Shown here piece after piece: positions 30,911 through 32,000 of a stretch of DNA of 32,000 nt. The first letter of the stretch is position 1. Every line of letters starts with the position of its first letter. Location of the stretch: NCBI GenBank assembly GCA_034003725.1, contig JAVEYB010000005.1:38831-70830 (forward strand). Direction: 5' to 3'. The notes beneath the pieces were generated by a model. It was not told where the DNA came from. It made no database searches and worked only from the letters and a program-made list of their open reading frames with translations. The translations under genes were made by a program, and so were the position numbers. The stretch comes from Candidatus Zixiibacteriota bacterium. GTDB lineage: Bacteria > Zixibacteria > MSB-5A5 > GN15 > FEB-12.

Positions 30911-32000
30911 ATGACGACCACATCCAAGGCGGTAATTTACGCACGCAAGTCGACCGAATCGGAAGACCGTCAGGTACTCTCCATTGATTCGCAAGTAAAA
31001 GAATTGCAAACCTTTGCTGATAAGCAGTCACTCGCGGTCTCAGAAGTCTTGACGGAATCAAGGTCCGCTAAAGGTCCGGGTAGACCGATCTTTGACGAAC
31101 TGTTTCGCCGCGTCCAGAGGCGTGAATTCGATACTATTGTCTGCTGGAAACTCGACCGACTGGCCCGCAATCCGCTCGACGGTGGGGCTCTCATTTGGGC
31201 ACTGGATCAAGGACAACTGCAGCAAATAGTTACGCCATCTTCGAGCTATCGCAACTCTGGAAGCGATAAGTTTCTGATGCAACTGGAATTCGGGATGGCC
31301 AAGAAGTACGTGGACGATCTATCGGATAATGTTAGGCGAGGTATGCGGGCCAAAACTGAATCCGGTTGGTTTCCACACCTGGCGCCATTCGGATACTTAA
31401 ATGATAAGGCAAGGAGAACAATCATCAAAGACCCAAAGCGATTCATGATGGTTCGACGCATGTGGGATATGATGCTCACGGGCAACTACACTCCCTCTCA
31501 GATCGCAAGCATCGCAACTGAACAATGGGGGGTGAAATCGAGGAAAAAGCATGATACGGCAAGTAAGGGGCTGTCACGTTCTGCTGTATACAACCTGTTT
31601 TCAAACCCCTTCTATTACGGGTTGATTGTGCGGGCAGATCAATCCGTTGTAGGGAAACATTCTCCGATGGTTACGAAGCAGGAATTCGACCGTGTGCAAA
31701 GTTTACTGGGCAGAGTTGACCGACCAAGAGCCAAGCGACATTCGTTTACTTATTCGGGTCTATTCAAATGCGGCAACTGCGGATGTTCTATCACAGCAGA
31801 GGAAAAACAGAAAACACTCAAGACGACGAGACAGACGGCCCGTTACGTATATTACCATTGCACTCGGCGCAAACCTGGGGTCGTTTGCAAAGAACCCGCC
31901 ATCACAGAACAGGCCTTGGAAGCGCAGCTAGTACGATTTTTCGTATCAATCAAGCTGCCCGCACAATATACAAAATGGGTAGTTCAATGTTTGAACGAAT
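30911..32000 (+). CDS. large serine recombinase (resolvase domain + recombinase domain + zinc ribbon), partial (continues beyond the window)
   Basis: Absent from the ORF track because no stop occurs before the window end. Manual translation gives MTTTSKAVIYARKSTESEDRQVLSIDSQ...IVCWKLDRLARN (catalytic Ser region), then FGY...PMVTKQEFDRVQ and CGNCGCSITAE...YYHCTRR (zinc ribbon). Confidence 0.9.
   Translation, partial: MTTTSKAVIYARKSTESEDRQVLSIDSQVKELQTFADKQSLAVSEVLTESRSAKGPGRPIFDELFRRVQRREFDTIVCWKLDRLARNPLDGGALIWALDQGQLQQIVTPSSSYRNSGSDKFLMQLEFGMAKKYVDDLSDNVRRGMRAKTESGWFPHLAPFGYLNDKARRTIIKDPKRFMMVRRMWDMMLTGNYTPSQIASIATEQWGVKSRKKHDTASKGLSRSAVYNLFSNPFYYGLIVRADQSVVGKHSPMVTKQEFDRVQSLLGRVDRPRAKRHSFTYSGLFKCGNCGCSITAEEKQKTLKTTRQTARYVYYHCTRRKPGVVCKEPAITEQALEAQLVRFFVSIKLPAQYTKWVVQCLNE

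Noticed and set aside
30778-30987. 69-aa plus-strand ORF (MPLLQRHIDELKRIHLAETGENLSDEEAWAMATRLF...) upstream of the serine recombinase; possible excisionase/RDF-like small protein
   Set aside because: It overlaps the firmly placed recombinase start by 77 nt in another frame and has a weak SD. A promoter-like -10 (TAGCAT) sits on its ATG. It is not excluded, but the evidence is too weak to call it a gene.
1-32000. Scan for CRISPR arrays, rRNA, tRNA and tmRNA genes and for long tandem DNA repeats
   Set aside because: I found no regularly spaced direct repeats with unique spacers, no cloverleaf-compatible segments and no rRNA-like stretches by eye. This visual scan is not exhaustive; tRNAscan-SE, Infernal and a CRISPR finder should confirm it.

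Overview
The window has three parts.

(A) 1-10.8 kb. A heavy-metal RND efflux operon lies on the minus strand: TolC-like outer-membrane factor, YHS protein, HMBD-containing adaptor, CusA/CzcA-type pump, and a second YHS protein that runs off the window. Divergent from it is a sigma54-type two-component pair (a membrane kinase with a His-rich motif and an NtrC/ZraR-like activator) with a readable -24/-12 promoter.

(B) About 10.8-22.3 kb. This is an accessory, mobile-element-like block of 13 colinear, tightly packed minus-strand genes. In transcription order:
- XRE repressor
- small ORF
- RuvC-like resolvase
- a roughly 470-nt GC-rich noncoding element with nested long-range helices
- replication-relaxation protein
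- small TIR protein with a TM anchor
- TPR plus winged-helix regulator
- an eight-gene overlapping operon: ubiquitin-like protein with a GG-SR tail, minimal E2-like candidate, JAB/JAMM peptidase, ThiF/E1, soluble TraD/VirD4-like ATPase, second replication-relaxation protein, zinc-ribbon membrane protein, MT-A70 DNA methyltransferase

The Ubl-E2-JAB-E1 order matches Bil-type anti-phage cassettes. Its operonic fusion to DNA-transfer and replication genes is, to my knowledge, not a described system, so this is my prime candidate for something new.

(C) 22.3-32 kb. An 840-nt noncoding stretch carries a near-consensus promoter and hairpins. It is followed by two CheY-like receivers, a 7TM-GAF histidine kinase and a GT1 glycosyltransferase. 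Next comes an Fn3-like/LVIVD lipoprotein translationally coupled to a short tyrosine recombinase. Face-to-face promoters and a large serine recombinase that runs off the window complete the region.

No rRNA, tRNA or CRISPR array was seen. All domain calls come from reading motifs by eye; no searches were run.
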